Below are positions 1 to 15,769 of a stretch of 64,000 nt of DNA, piece by piece. The position numbers and the translations under genes were made by a program. The notes beneath the pieces are model-generated. The model was not told the origin of the DNA. It saw nothing but the letters and a program-made list of their open reading frames with translations, and did no database searches. Source of the stretch: Escherichia coli (lineage in GTDB: Bacteria; Pseudomonadota; Gammaproteobacteria; Enterobacterales; Enterobacteriaceae); assembly GCF_048403405.1 (NCBI RefSeq), contig NZ_CP183129.1. One strand, 5' to 3'. How positions within the stretch are numbered: the stretch's first letter is position 1; each line of letters begins with the position of its first letter.

Positions 1-2
1 AT

Positions 3-497
<495 letters not shown>

Positions 498-569
498 GGC
501 CTTCAAGTAGCACTGTCTGTGGAGCCTTTGGGCTTCACAGGCATTGTTCGCCTTTGTTTCATTTATTAA

Positions 570-791
<222 letters not shown>

Positions 792-816
792 GCCGTTAAC
801 GTTTTTAACTTTTTAA

Positions 817-1200
<384 letters not shown>

Positions 1201-1210
1201 GCCAGTTGAA

Positions 1211-1238
1211 AGAGGGAGCTAGTCTCCCTCTTTTCGTT
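1211..1238 (+). terminator. Rho-independent terminator after rplT
   Basis: Inverted repeat AGAGGGAG-CTAGT-CTCCCTCT followed by TTTCGTTTC directly after the rplT stop. Confidence 0.6.
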
Positions 1239-1322
1239 TCAACGCCATCAAAACATTGACTTTTATCGCCGTAGCCTTTTCAATAAAGGTCTTTTGAAAA
1301 GTACCAAAAGGTAACGCAAGCA

Positions 1323-1367
1323 ATGAATGCTGCTATTTTCCGCTTCTTTTTTTACTTTAGCACCTGA
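1323..1367 (+). CDS. pheM: pheST operon leader peptide (14 aa, Phe-rich)
   Basis: ATG AAT GCT GCT ATT TTC CGC TTC TTT TTT TAC TTT AGC ACC TGA encodes [14 protein letters not shown], with 5 Phe codons; lies upstream of pheS and is followed by an attenuator hairpin. Confidence 0.85.
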
Positions 1368-1413
1368 CTCCAGGAGGCTAGCGCGTGAGAAGAGAAACGG
1401 AAAACAGCGCCTG

Positions 1414-1439
1414 AAAGCCTCCCAGTGGAGGCTTTTTTT
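1414..1439 (+). terminator. pheST attenuator terminator
   Basis: GCCTCC-CAGTG-GAGGC followed by TTTTTTT, about 50 nt downstream of the leader peptide stop and about 65 nt upstream of the pheS start. Confidence 0.8.
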
Positions 1440-1463
1440 GTATGCGCGTTTTGAAAAAATTAA

Positions 1464-2489
<1,026 letters not shown>

Positions 2490-2500
2490 GGCAGGAATAG

Positions 2501-4891
<2,391 letters not shown>

Positions 4892-4895
4892 ACCT

Positions 4896-5195
4896 ATGGC
4901 GCTTACAAAAGCTGAAATGTCAGAATATCTGTTTGATAAGCTTGGGCTTAGCAAGCGGGATGCCAAAGAACTGGTTGAACTGTTTTTCGAAGAGATCCGT
5001 CGCGCTCTGGAAAACGGCGAACAGGTGAAACTCTCTGGTTTTGGTAACTTCGATCTGCGTGATAAGAATCAACGCCCGGGACGTAACCCGAAAACGGGCG
5101 AGGATATTCCCATTACAGCACGGCGCGTGGTGACCTTCAGACCCGGGCAGAAGTTAAAAAGCCGGGTCGAAAACGCTTCGCCCAAAGACGAGTAA
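4896..5195 (+). CDS. ihfA: Integration host factor alpha subunit
   Basis: 99 aa [99 protein letters not shown]; 4 nt after the pheT stop. Confidence 0.95.
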
Positions 5196-5207
5196 TCTGA
5201 TCTAACT

Positions 5208-5235
5208 AAAAAGGCCGCTCTGCGGCCTTTTTTCT
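5208..5235 (+). terminator. Rho-independent terminator after ihfA
   Basis: AAAAAGGCCGC-TCTG-CGGCCTTTTTTCTTTTC. Confidence 0.75.
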
Positions 5236-5295
5236 TTTCACTGTCGAAGAGTCACCGTAAAATCAACGCCATGACACTTCAGCAGAACGGATACC

Positions 5296-6276
5296 ATGCT
5301 GACACTTGCCCGCCAACAACAGCGACAAAATATTCGCTGGTTATTATGCCTGTCAGTTTTGATGCTGCTGGCGCTTCTCTTAAGCCTTTGCGCCGGCGAA
5401 CAATGGATCTCGCCAGGTGACTGGTTTACTCCTCGTGGCGAACTGTTCGTCTGGCAAATTCGCCTGCCACGTACGCTGGCTGTATTGCTGGTTGGTGCGG
5501 CGCTGGCTATATCCGGCGCTGTAATGCAGGCGTTGTTTGAAAATCCTCTGGCAGAACCTGGACTACTTGGCGTCTCTAACGGCGCAGGCGTAGGGCTTAT
5601 CGCCGCGGTATTGCTTGGGCAAGGGCAACTCCCCAACTGGGCACTAGGGCTGTGTGCGATTGCTGGCGCGCTTATCATCACTTTAATACTCTTACGTTTC
5701 GCCCGTCGTCATCTTTCGACCAGTCGGTTATTGCTGGCTGGCGTTGCATTAGGGATTATCTGTAGCGCACTAATGACGTGGGCTATCTACTTTTCCACCT
5801 CTGTTGATTTACGTCAGCTGATGTACTGGATGATGGGCGGTTTTGGCGGCGTAGACTGGCGGCAAAGCTGGCTGATGCTGGCATTGATCCCCGTGTTGTT
5901 GTGGATCTGTTGTCAGTCCAGACCGATGAATATGTTAGCACTTGGCGAGATCTCGGCGCGGCAACTGGGTTTACCCCTGTGGTTCTGGCGCAATGTGCTG
6001 GTGGCAGCGACCGGCTGGATGGTTGGCGTCAGTGTGGCGCTGGCGGGTGCTATCGGCTTTATTGGTCTGGTGATCCCCCATATTCTCCGGTTATGTGGTT
6101 TAACCGATCATCGCGTATTACTTCCCGGCTGCGCGCTGGCAGGGGCGAGCGCATTGCTGCTGGCTGATGTTGTAGCGCGCCTGGCATTAGCTGCCGCAGA
6201 GCTGCCTATTGGCGTGGTCACCGCAACGTTGGGTGCGCCGGTGTTTATCTGGTTATTGTTAAAAGCAGGACGTTAG
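5296..6276 (+). CDS. btuC: Vitamin B12 ABC transporter permease
   Basis: 326 aa polytopic membrane protein beginning [29 protein letters not shown]; followed by btuE and btuD. Confidence 0.93.
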   Translation: MLTLARQQQRQNIRWLLCLSVLMLLALLLSLCAGEQWISPGDWFTPRGELFVWQIRLPRTLAVLLVGAALAISGAVMQALFENPLAEPGLLGVSNGAGVGLIAAVLLGQGQLPNWALGLCAIAGALIITLILLRFARRHLSTSRLLLAGVALGIICSALMTWAIYFSTSVDLRQLMYWMMGGFGGVDWRQSWLMLALIPVLLWICCQSRPMNMLALGEISARQLGLPLWFWRNVLVAATGWMVGVSVALAGAIGFIGLVIPHILRLCGLTDHRVLLPGCALAGASALLLADVVARLALAAAELPIGVVTATLGAPVFIWLLLKAGR

Positions 6277-6338
6277 CCGCAAAAAGACGGTCTATGATTA
6301 AAAGCTAAGATTTTTACTGACCACACCCAGGAGAAACG

Positions 6339-6890
6339 ATGCAAGATTCCATTCTGACGACCGTAGTGAAAGATATCGACGGTGAAGTGACCACGCTGGA
6401 GAAGTACGCCGGTAATGTGCTGTTGATTGTCAATGTCGCCTCAAAGTGTGGCTTAACGCCGCAATATGAACAGTTGGAGAATATTCAGAAAGCCTGGGCC
6501 GATCGTGGTTTTGTGGTGCTGGGATTCCCGTGCAACCAGTTTCTGGAGCAAGAACCGGGTAGCGATGAAGAGATTAAAACTTACTGCACCACTACATGGG
6601 GGGTGACGTTCCCGATGTTCAGTAAGATTGAAGTTAATGGCGAAGGACGTCATCCGCTGTATCAAAAATTGATTGCCGCAGCGCCGACTGCAGTCGCGCC
6701 GGAAGAGAGCGGATTCTATGCCCGTATGGTCAGCAAAGGTCGTGCACCGCTGTACCCTGATGATATTTTATGGAATTTTGAGAAATTTTTAGTTGGCAGG
6801 GACGGATTGGTCATCCAGCGTTTTTCCCCGGATATGACGCCGGAAGATCCCATTGTGATGGAAAGCATTAAACTGGCGTTGGCAAAATAA
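6339..6890 (+). CDS. btuE: Glutathione/thioredoxin peroxidase BtuE
   Basis: 183 aa with the glutathione-peroxidase family motif [21 protein letters not shown]...LGFPCNQF. Confidence 0.92.
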   Translation: MQDSILTTVVKDIDGEVTTLEKYAGNVLLIVNVASKCGLTPQYEQLENIQKAWADRGFVVLGFPCNQFLEQEPGSDEEIKTYCTTTWGVTFPMFSKIEVNGEGRHPLYQKLIAAAPTAVAPEESGFYARMVSKGRAPLYPDDILWNFEKFLVGRDGLVIQRFSPDMTPEDPIVMESIKLALAK

Positions 6891-7639
6891 TGTCTATTGT
6901 GATGCAGTTACAGGATGTTGCGGAATCTACCCGCCTTGGGCCGCTTTCTGGCGAGGTTCGGGCTGGGGAGATCCTGCATCTGGTGGGGCCGAATGGCGCG
7001 GGTAAGAGTACCTTACTGGCGCGAATGGCCGGAATGACCAGCGGTAAGGGAAGCATTCAGTTCGCGGGGCAACCACTGGAAGCATGGTCCGCAACAAAAC
7101 TCGCGCTGCATCGCGCCTATCTTTCACAACAGCAGACGCCGCCGTTTGCAATGCTGGTCTGGCACTACCTGACACTGCATCAGCACGATAAAACGCGTAC
7201 CGAACTACTGAATGATGTCGCAGGGGCGCTGGCTCTTGATGACAAACTCGGACGTAGCACCAATCAACTTTCCGGCGGCGAATGGCAACGCGTACGTCTT
7301 GCTGCGGTGGTGCTGCAAATCACACCACAAGCCAATCCCGCAGGCCAATTGCTGCTTCTTGATGAGCCGATGAACAGTCTTGATGTTGCGCAACAAAGTG
7401 CATTAGACAAAATTCTGAGCGCGCTGTGTCAGCAAGGACTGGCGATTGTGATGAGCAGTCACGATCTCAACCATACATTGCGTCATGCGCATCGGGCGTG
7501 GTTGCTAAAAGGTGGAAAAATGCTGGCCAGTGGACGCAGGGAAGAGGTGCTCACGCCGCCAAATCTGGCGCAGGCCTATGGGATGAATTTTCGCCGTCTG
7601 GATATCGAAGGTCACAGAATGCTGATTTCGACCATCTGA
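6890..7639 (+). CDS. btuD: Vitamin B12 ABC transporter ATP-binding protein
   Basis: 249 aa; Walker [10 protein letters not shown], signature [12 protein letters not shown], Walker B LLLLDEP; its ATG shares one base with the btuE TAA (TAATG). Confidence 0.93.
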   Translation: MSIVMQLQDVAESTRLGPLSGEVRAGEILHLVGPNGAGKSTLLARMAGMTSGKGSIQFAGQPLEAWSATKLALHRAYLSQQQTPPFAMLVWHYLTLHQHDKTRTELLNDVAGALALDDKLGRSTNQLSGGEWQRVRLAAVVLQITPQANPAGQLLLLDEPMNSLDVAQQSALDKILSALCQQGLAIVMSSHDLNHTLRHAHRAWLLKGGKMLASGRREEVLTPPNLAQAYGMNFRRLDIEGHRMLISTI

Positions 7640-7716
7640 TTTCATTAGTATCTTGAAAATCGGGTAATTACGACGCTAAATTAATGCAAGAATAAAAAAC
7701 AGAGGAACCGTACGGA

Positions 7717-8181
7717 ATGCGTTTCTGCCTTATTTTGATCACAGCACTGTTTCTGGCCGGGTGTAGCCACCATAAAGCACCGCCGCCAAATGCCAGACTT
7801 TCTGATTCGATTACCGTTATTGCCGGTTTGAACGACCAGCTACAGAGCTGGCATGGCACGCCGTATCGTTATGGTGGCATGACGCGGCGCGGTGTGGACT
7901 GTTCGGGGTTTGTGGTTGTGACGATGCGCGATCGTTTCGATTTGCAGCTGCCCCGAGAAACTAAAGAACAAGCCTCTATCGGCACGCAAATTGATAAAGA
8001 CGAGTTGCTGCCAGGTGACGTGGTCTTTTTCAAAACGGGCTCCGGACAAAATGGTTTGCATGTAGGTATTTACGATACCAACAACCAATTTATCCACGCC
8101 TCTACCAGCAAGGGAGTGATGCGTTCCTCACTTGATAATGTCTATTGGCAGAAAAATTTCTGGCAGGCGAGACGAATCTAG
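7717..8181 (+). CDS. nlpC: NlpC/P60-family lipoprotein (peptidoglycan endopeptidase family)
   Basis: 154 aa; lipoprotein signal with lipobox LAGC; P60 Cys-peptidase motif DCSGFV. Confidence 0.9.
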   Translation: MRFCLILITALFLAGCSHHKAPPPNARLSDSITVIAGLNDQLQSWHGTPYRYGGMTRRGVDCSGFVVVTMRDRFDLQLPRETKEQASIGTQIDKDELLPGDVVFFKTGSGQNGLHVGIYDTNNQFIHASTSKGVMRSSLDNVYWQKNFWQARRI

Positions 8182-8192
8182 TATGTCGAAAA

Positions 8193-8221
8193 ATTGACGG
8201 CGATGATACATCGCCGTCAAT
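8193..8221 (+). terminator. Hairpin after nlpC (probable terminator)
   Basis: Perfect inverted repeat ATTGACGGCGATG-ATA-CATCGCCGTCAAT followed by a short T tract. Confidence 0.5.
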
Positions 8222-8427
8222 TTACTCCAGAATACGGTAGTATTTTGCAGACAAAAATTCCGTAAATGGATTATTCGTTTATAATCAGGATAATCTAAAA
8301 AAAGGACCCCTGAAAAAGTGGTTAACATGGAACAAATGAAAGTTACTCCTTCTGTAATTGTTATGTCTTATGGCCTCATCCCTTTTAGCCGGATACTGAA
8401 AAACATCCTTCGAGAGGGACGGTTACC

Positions 8428-9141
8428 ATGAAGATTTTTTTGGAGAATCTTTATCATTCTGATTGCTATTTCCTGCCGATAAGAGATAACCAGCAAGACC
8501 TTGTCGGCGTTGAGTTAATTACCCATTTCTCCAGTGAAGATGGTACGGTTCGTATCCCGACGAGTCGGGTTATAGCGCAACTTACCGCGGAGCAACATTG
8601 GCAATTATTTTCAGAGCAGTTGGAATTACTAAAATCATGCCAACACTTTTTTATTCAACATAAACTCTTTGCCTGGCTTAATTTAACGCCACAAGTGGCT
8701 ACATTATTATTAGACAGGGATAATTACGCGGGCGAACTATTAAAATATCCGTTTATTGAACTGTTGATTAATGAGAATTACCCGCATCTCGATGAAGGAA
8801 AAGATAATCGCGATCTTTTGTCCTTATCGCAAATGTATCCCCTTGTGTTAGGTAATTTGGGCGCAGGCAATAGCACAATGAAAGCGGTTTTTGATGGTCT
8901 TTTCACCCGCGTCATGCTGGATAAAAGTTTTATTCAGCAACAAATCACGCATCGCTCCTTCGAACCGTTTATTCGTGCGATCCAGGCGCAAATTTCCCCA
9001 TGTTGCAATTGCATCATCGCGGGGGGCATTGATACGCCAGAAATAATGGCACAGATTACCCCCTTTGATTTCCATGCTCTCCAGGGATGCCTGTGGCCTG
9101 CCGTTCCTGTAAATCAGATAACGACGTTGGTTCAGCGATAA
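8428..9141 (+). CDS. ydiV: EAL-like anti-FlhD4C2 factor YdiV
   Basis: 237 aa beginning MKIFLENLYHSDCYFLPIRDNQQDLVGVELITHFSSEDG; AT-rich gene at the position expected between nlpC and selO. Confidence 0.88.
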   Translation: MKIFLENLYHSDCYFLPIRDNQQDLVGVELITHFSSEDGTVRIPTSRVIAQLTAEQHWQLFSEQLELLKSCQHFFIQHKLFAWLNLTPQVATLLLDRDNYAGELLKYPFIELLINENYPHLDEGKDNRDLLSLSQMYPLVLGNLGAGNSTMKAVFDGLFTRVMLDKSFIQQQITHRSFEPFIRAIQAQISPCCNCIIAGGIDTPEIMAQITPFDFHALQGCLWPAVPVNQITTLVQR

Positions 9142-9164
9142 CCCTCCTGTTTGCTGGTGTTTAA

Positions 9165-10640
<1,476 letters not shown>

Positions 10641-10643
10641 AGG

Positions 10644-10835
10644 CTACTTGGTCAACAGCAGCTTGCCAGCCTGAGTTTTACGGAGCAGATATTCTTGCCC
10701 GTCATGATCGATAATCAGTTTGCCATCCGGACCTAACAGTGTCTGGCTGGTAATTCGCCGGATGGGCTGCGGGGAAGCGGTCTTGTGATTGGCATCCGTT
10801 TCAGGCGTGAGTTTTCTGCTATCCGTATAACGCAT
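10644..10835 (-). CDS. ydiE: HemP-like small protein YdiE
   Basis: 63 aa from the internal ATG ([63 protein letters not shown]) of the 10644..10862 track ORF. Confidence 0.8.
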   Translation of the reverse strand: MRYTDSRKLTPETDANHKTASPQPIRRITSQTLLGPDGKLIIDHDGQEYLLRKTQAGKLLLTK

Positions 10836-10966
10836 AAAAATTAATAATAATTGATATAACAATGATTCTTATTATCAATATTCTGGCGAACCAGAGCAAG
10901 CAGTAATTTGTTGAGAAGACAACAAGTTGCGCAGAAATGCCCATTCCGTCAGGAATGGGCACGCAT

Positions 10967-12013
10967 TCAGAAGCGGGTATCAACCGCAGAGGCGAGTTTT
11001 TCGACCAGGCGTTCGGTATCTTCCCAGCCCAGACACGGGTCGGTAATGGATTGACCGTAAGTGAGCGGCTGACCGCCGACGATTTTTTGCGTTCCTTCGC
11101 GCAGGAAACTTTCCGCCATAATTCCAGCAATCGCCGTAGAGCCATTGCGGATTTGCTGACAAATATCCTCACAAACTTCTAACTGGCGACGGTGCTGCTT
11201 CTGGCAGTTACCGTGGCTGAAATCCACCACCAGATGTTCAGGCAAATCAAATTCGTGCAGCGTATCGCAGGCTGCGGCGATATCATCGGCATGATAATTC
11301 GGTTTTTTGCCGCCACGCATAATAATGTGGCCATACGGGTTGCCACTGGTCTGATAGATGGTCATCTGACCATTTTTGTCTGGCGAGAGGAACATATGGC
11401 TGGCGCGGGCTGCGCGGATAGCATCCACAGCAATCCGCGTGTTGCCATCGGTACCATTTTTAAAACCTACCGGACAGGAGAGTGCCGAAGCCATTTCACG
11501 GTGGATCTGACTTTCGGTAGTACGTGCGCCAATCGCGCCCCAACTGATTAAATCAGCAATAAACTGACCGGTCACCATATCGAGGAACTCAGTCGCGGTA
11601 GGGACGCCCAGCTCATTTACCTGTAAAAGTAATTTGCGCGCCAGCTCCAGACCGTGATTTACCCGATAGCTGCCGTTTAAATCCGGATCGGAGATTAGCC
11701 CTTTCCAGCCGACAACAGTCCGTGGTTTTTCAAAATAGGTGCGCATTACGATTTCCAGCCGTGACTGGTACTGGTTGCGCAGCGACTGCAGACGGGTGGC
11801 GTACTCCATTGCAGCGGTGAGATCGTGGATCGAGCAGGGGCCAATAATGACCAACAGTCGCTTATCTTCACCATTCAGTATTTTTTCAATTCTGCGGCGG
11901 GAGTCGGTGACATGGGTGGCGACGCCAGGCGTTACGGGATACCGTAGCGCGAGTTCGGCGGGCGTTACCAGGCTCTCAATACGCGCAGTACGGAGTTCGT
12001 CAGTTCTGTTCAT
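10967..12013 (-). CDS. aroH: DAHP synthase, Trp-sensitive isozyme
   Basis: 348 aa beginning MNRTDELRTARIESLVTPAELALRYPVTPGVATHVTDSRRRIEKILNGEDKRLLVIIGPCSIHD. Confidence 0.95.
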   Translation of the reverse strand: MNRTDELRTARIESLVTPAELALRYPVTPGVATHVTDSRRRIEKILNGEDKRLLVIIGPCSIHDLTAAMEYATRLQSLRNQYQSRLEIVMRTYFEKPRTVVGWKGLISDPDLNGSYRVNHGLELARKLLLQVNELGVPTATEFLDMVTGQFIADLISWGAIGARTTESQIHREMASALSCPVGFKNGTDGNTRIAVDAIRAARASHMFLSPDKNGQMTIYQTSGNPYGHIIMRGGKKPNYHADDIAAACDTLHEFDLPEHLVVDFSHGNCQKQHRRQLEVCEDICQQIRNGSTAIAGIMAESFLREGTQKIVGGQPLTYGQSITDPCLGWEDTERLVEKLASAVDTRF

Positions 12014-12154
12014 TACAAGTCTCAGAAATTTGTTGCTTCTACGGCAGGACTACCGGGAAGTGATGCGCATCACGATAAACCAATCGCAGCTGATTTCAAG
12101 TGCGAGGTGTGTCACACCTCGCCGGGTGGTTAGCATGATAACAAAAAAATAAGC

Positions 12155-12176
12155 TAATGCACTAGTTCTCTAGTAC
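12155..12176 (-). promoter_or_regulatory. TrpR operator of the aroH promoter
   Basis: The minus strand reads GTACTAGAGAACTAGTGCATTAGC, a near-palindromic CTAG-containing Trp-repressor box, about 140 to 160 bp upstream of the aroH ATG and overlapping the ppsR stop codon. Confidence 0.75.
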
Positions 12177-13003
12177 ATTCGGCGGCTAAGGCCCATGATA
12201 TCGAGGATCTTGGTGGCAATCTCTTCTACCGAATAATTGGTACTGTTAATCCACGGGATCTGATTTTTACGGTACAACGCTTCCACTTCCGCGACTTCCA
12301 TCCTGCACTGACGAAGCGAGGCATAGCGACTGTTCTCCCGACGTTCCTCGCGAATCGCCGCCAGACGTTCCGGGTCGATAGTCAGGCCGAACAATTTATG
12401 CTGAAGCGGTTTGAGCGACGCGGGTAGCACCAGATTATCCATATCGTCGGCAATAAAGGGGTAGTTTGCCGCGCGGATACCAAATTGCATTGCCAGATAC
12501 AGACTGGTGGGGGTTTTACCACAGCGAGAAACACCGAGCAGGATCACCTGAGCCTGATCCAGATTGCGCAACGAAATGCCGTCATCGTGGGCGAGGGTGT
12601 AATCAATCGCCGCAATGCGCGCATCATATTTATTGAGATTATTAGGGTTAAGGCCATGGGTACGATGAGCAATCGGCGTGGGATCCAGTTTCATCTCTTG
12701 TTGTAGCGGGGCAACCAGCGCCTGAACGATATCCTGGCAAAAGCCCTCACTTTGCAAGATGATGGCGCGAATCTCCGGCAACACGATGGAGTAGAAGACC
12801 AGCGGGCGCACACCTGTCTGGTGATAAATTGCGTCAATCTGATCCTTCACTGCCCGTGCACGGCTCTCATTTTCGACAAACGGCAGCGTAATGCTGCTGA
12901 TAGTGACGGGAAATTGTGACATTACTGCGTGTCCTAATACCTCCGCAGTTATTGCCGTACCATCAGAAATATAAAAAACGTGGCGATCAACAGCATTATC
13001 CAT
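12170..13003 (-). CDS. ppsR: PEP synthetase regulatory protein (bifunctional kinase/pyrophosphorylase)
   Basis: 277 aa, [33 protein letters not shown]...; divergent from ppsA. Confidence 0.93.
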
Positions 13004-13334
13004 TTTGTTCTTCCCGTGATGCAGACATAATTCTATGAAAGCATAAATTAAAAACGCACAGAAGCGTAGAACGTTATGTCTGGTTTATAAATGAACCTTC
13101 AATTTTATTTTTTATGAAAACAGCATTTCATTTTTATGGTTTCGTTTATACCGATGGTTTATGTGGAAATTGTCTAAGAGAGCAGATTTGCGCAACGCTG
13201 GGATCAGTCTTAAAAAGTAAAAAAATATATTTGCTTGAACGATTCACCGTTTTTTTCATCCGGTTAAATATGCAAAGATAAATGCGCAGAAATGTGTTTC
13301 TCAAACCGTTCATTTATCACAAAAGGATTGTTCG

Positions 13335-15713
13335 ATGTCCAACAATGGCTCGTCACCGCTGGTGCTTTGGTATAACCAACTCGGCATGAATGATGTAGAC
13401 AGGGTTGGGGGCAAAAATGCCTCCCTGGGTGAAATGATTACTAACCTTTCCGGAATGGGTGTTTCCGTTCCGAATGGTTTCGCCACAACCGCCGACGCGT
13501 TTAACCAGTTTCTGGACCAAAGCGGCGTAAACCAGCGCATTTATGAACTGCTGGATAAAACGGATATTGACGATGTTACCCAGCTTGCGAAAGCGGGCGC
13601 GCAAATCCGCCAGTGGATTATCGACACTCCCTTCCAGCCTGAGCTGGAAAACGCCATCCGCGAAGCCTATGCACAGCTTTCCGCCGATGACGAAAACGCC
13701 TCGTTTGCGGTGCGTTCCTCCGCTACTGCAGAAGATATGCCGGACGCTTCTTTTGCCGGTCAGCAGGAAACTTTCCTCAACGTTCAGGGTTTTGACGCCG
13801 TTCTCGTGGCAGTGAAACATGTATTTGCTTCTCTGTTTAACGATCGCGCCATCTCTTATCGTGTGCACCAGGGTTACGATCACCGTGGCGTGGCGCTCTC
13901 CGCCGGTGTTCAGCGGATGGTGCGCTCCGACCTCGCATCTTCTGGCGTGATGTTCTCCATTGATACCGAATCCGGCTTTGACCAGGTGGTGTTTATCACT
14001 TCCGCATGGGGCCTTGGTGAAATGGTCGTGCAGGGTGCGGTTAACCCGGATGAGTTTTACGTGCACAAACCGACACTGGCGGCGAATCGCCCGGCTATCG
14101 TGCGCCGCACCATGGGGTCGAAAAAAATCCGCATGGTTTACGCGCCGACCCAGGAGCACGGCAAGCAGGTTAAAATCGAAGACGTACCGCAGGAACAGCG
14201 TGACATCTTCTCGCTGACCAACGAAGAAGTGCAGGAACTGGCAAAACAGGCCGTACAAATTGAGAAACACTACGGTCGCCCAATGGATATTGAGTGGGCG
14301 AAAGATGGCCACAGCGGCAAACTGTTCATTGTGCAGGCGCGTCCGGAAACCGTGCGCTCACGCGGTCAGGTCATGGAGCGTTATACGCTGCATTCACAGG
14401 GTAAGATTATCGCCGAAGGCCGTGCTATCGGTCATCGCATCGGCGCGGGTCCGGTGAAAGTCATCCATGACATCAGCGAAATGAACCGCATCGAACCTGG
14501 CGACGTGCTGGTTACTGACATGACTGACCCGGACTGGGAACCGATCATGAAGAAGGCATCTGCCATCGTCACCAATCGTGGCGGTCGTACCTGTCACGCG
14601 GCGATCATCGCTCGTGAACTCGGCATTCCGGCGGTAGTGGGCTGTGGTGATGCAACAGAACGGATGAAAGACGGTGAGAACGTCACTGTTTCTTGTGCCG
14701 AAGGTGATACCGGTTATGTCTATGCGGAGTTGCTGGAATTTAGCGTGAAAAGCTCCAGCGTAGAAACGATGCCTGATCTGCCGTTGAAGGTGATGATGAA
14801 CGTCGGTAACCCGGATCGTGCCTTTGACTTCGCCTGCCTGCCAAATGAAGGCGTAGGTCTGGCGCGCCTGGAATTTATCATCAACCGCATGATTGGCGTC
14901 CACCCACGCGCACTGCTTGAGTTTGACGATCAGGAACCGCAGTTGCAAAACGAAATCCGCGAGATGATGAAAGGTTTTGATTCTCCGCGTGAATTTTACG
15001 TTGGGCGTTTGACTGAAGGGATCGCGACGCTGGGGGCCGCGTTTTATCCGAAGCGCGTCATTGTCCGTCTCTCTGATTTTAAATCGAACGAATATGCCAA
15101 CCTGGTCGGTGGTGAGCGTTACGAACCAGATGAAGAGAACCCGATGCTCGGCTTCCGTGGCGCGGGCCGCTATGTTTCCGACAGCTTCCGCGACTGCTTC
15201 GCGCTGGAGTGTGAAGCAGTGAAACGTGTGCGCAACGACATGGGGCTGACCAATGTTGAGATCATGATCCCGTTCGTGCGTACCGTAGATCAGGCGAAAG
15301 CGGTGGTTGAGGAACTGGCGCGTCAGGGGCTGAAGCGTGGTGAGAACGGGCTGAAAATCATCATGATGTGTGAGATTCCGTCCAACGCCTTGCTGGCAGA
15401 GCAGTTCCTCGAATATTTCGACGGCTTCTCAATTGGCTCAAACGACATGACACAGCTGGCGCTCGGTCTGGACCGTGACTCCGGAGTGGTGTCTGAACTG
15501 TTCGATGAGCGCAACGATGCGGTGAAAGCACTGCTGTCGATGGCGATTCGTGCCGCGAAGAAACAGGGCAAATATGTCGGGATTTGCGGTCAGGGTCCAT
15601 CCGACCACGAAGACTTTGCTGCATGGTTGATGGAAGAGGGGATCGATAGCCTGTCTCTGAACCCGGACACCGTGGTGCAAACCTGGTTAAGCCTGGCTGA
15701 ACTGAAGAAATAA
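13335..15713 (+). CDS. ppsA: Phosphoenolpyruvate synthase
   Basis: 792 aa, [34 protein letters not shown]; PEP-utilising enzyme phosphohistidine motif [13 protein letters not shown]. Confidence 0.96.
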   Translation: MSNNGSSPLVLWYNQLGMNDVDRVGGKNASLGEMITNLSGMGVSVPNGFATTADAFNQFLDQSGVNQRIYELLDKTDIDDVTQLAKAGAQIRQWIIDTPFQPELENAIREAYAQLSADDENASFAVRSSATAEDMPDASFAGQQETFLNVQGFDAVLVAVKHVFASLFNDRAISYRVHQGYDHRGVALSAGVQRMVRSDLASSGVMFSIDTESGFDQVVFITSAWGLGEMVVQGAVNPDEFYVHKPTLAANRPAIVRRTMGSKKIRMVYAPTQEHGKQVKIEDVPQEQRDIFSLTNEEVQELAKQAVQIEKHYGRPMDIEWAKDGHSGKLFIVQARPETVRSRGQVMERYTLHSQGKIIAEGRAIGHRIGAGPVKVIHDISEMNRIEPGDVLVTDMTDPDWEPIMKKASAIVTNRGGRTCHAAIIARELGIPAVVGCGDATERMKDGENVTVSCAEGDTGYVYAELLEFSVKSSSVETMPDLPLKVMMNVGNPDRAFDFACLPNEGVGLARLEFIINRMIGVHPRALLEFDDQEPQLQNEIREMMKGFDSPREFYVGRLTEGIATLGAAFYPKRVIVRLSDFKSNEYANLVGGERYEPDEENPMLGFRGAGRYVSDSFRDCFALECEAVKRVRNDMGLTNVEIMIPFVRTVDQAKAVVEELARQGLKRGENGLKIIMMCEIPSNALLAEQFLEYFDGFSIGSNDMTQLALGLDRDSGVVSELFDERNDAVKALLSMAIRAAKKQGKYVGICGQGPSDHEDFAAWLMEEGIDSLSLNPDTVVQTWLSLAELKK

Positions 15714-15721
15714 AATAAATA

Positions 15722-15747
15722 CCCGGCGGCGTTTTGTCGCCGGGTTT
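15722..15747. terminator. Hairpin between convergent ppsA and fadK
   Basis: CCCGGCGGCG-TTTTGT-CGCCGGG followed by TTTATG; could serve either strand. Confidence 0.55.
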
Positions 15748-15769
15748 ATGTGATCCCCGAAGATGAAAC

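Noticed and set aside
13353-14312. 319-aa minus-strand ORF inside ppsA
   Set aside because: Antisense to ppsA with no independent start context and no recognisable domain; same codon-bias artefact.
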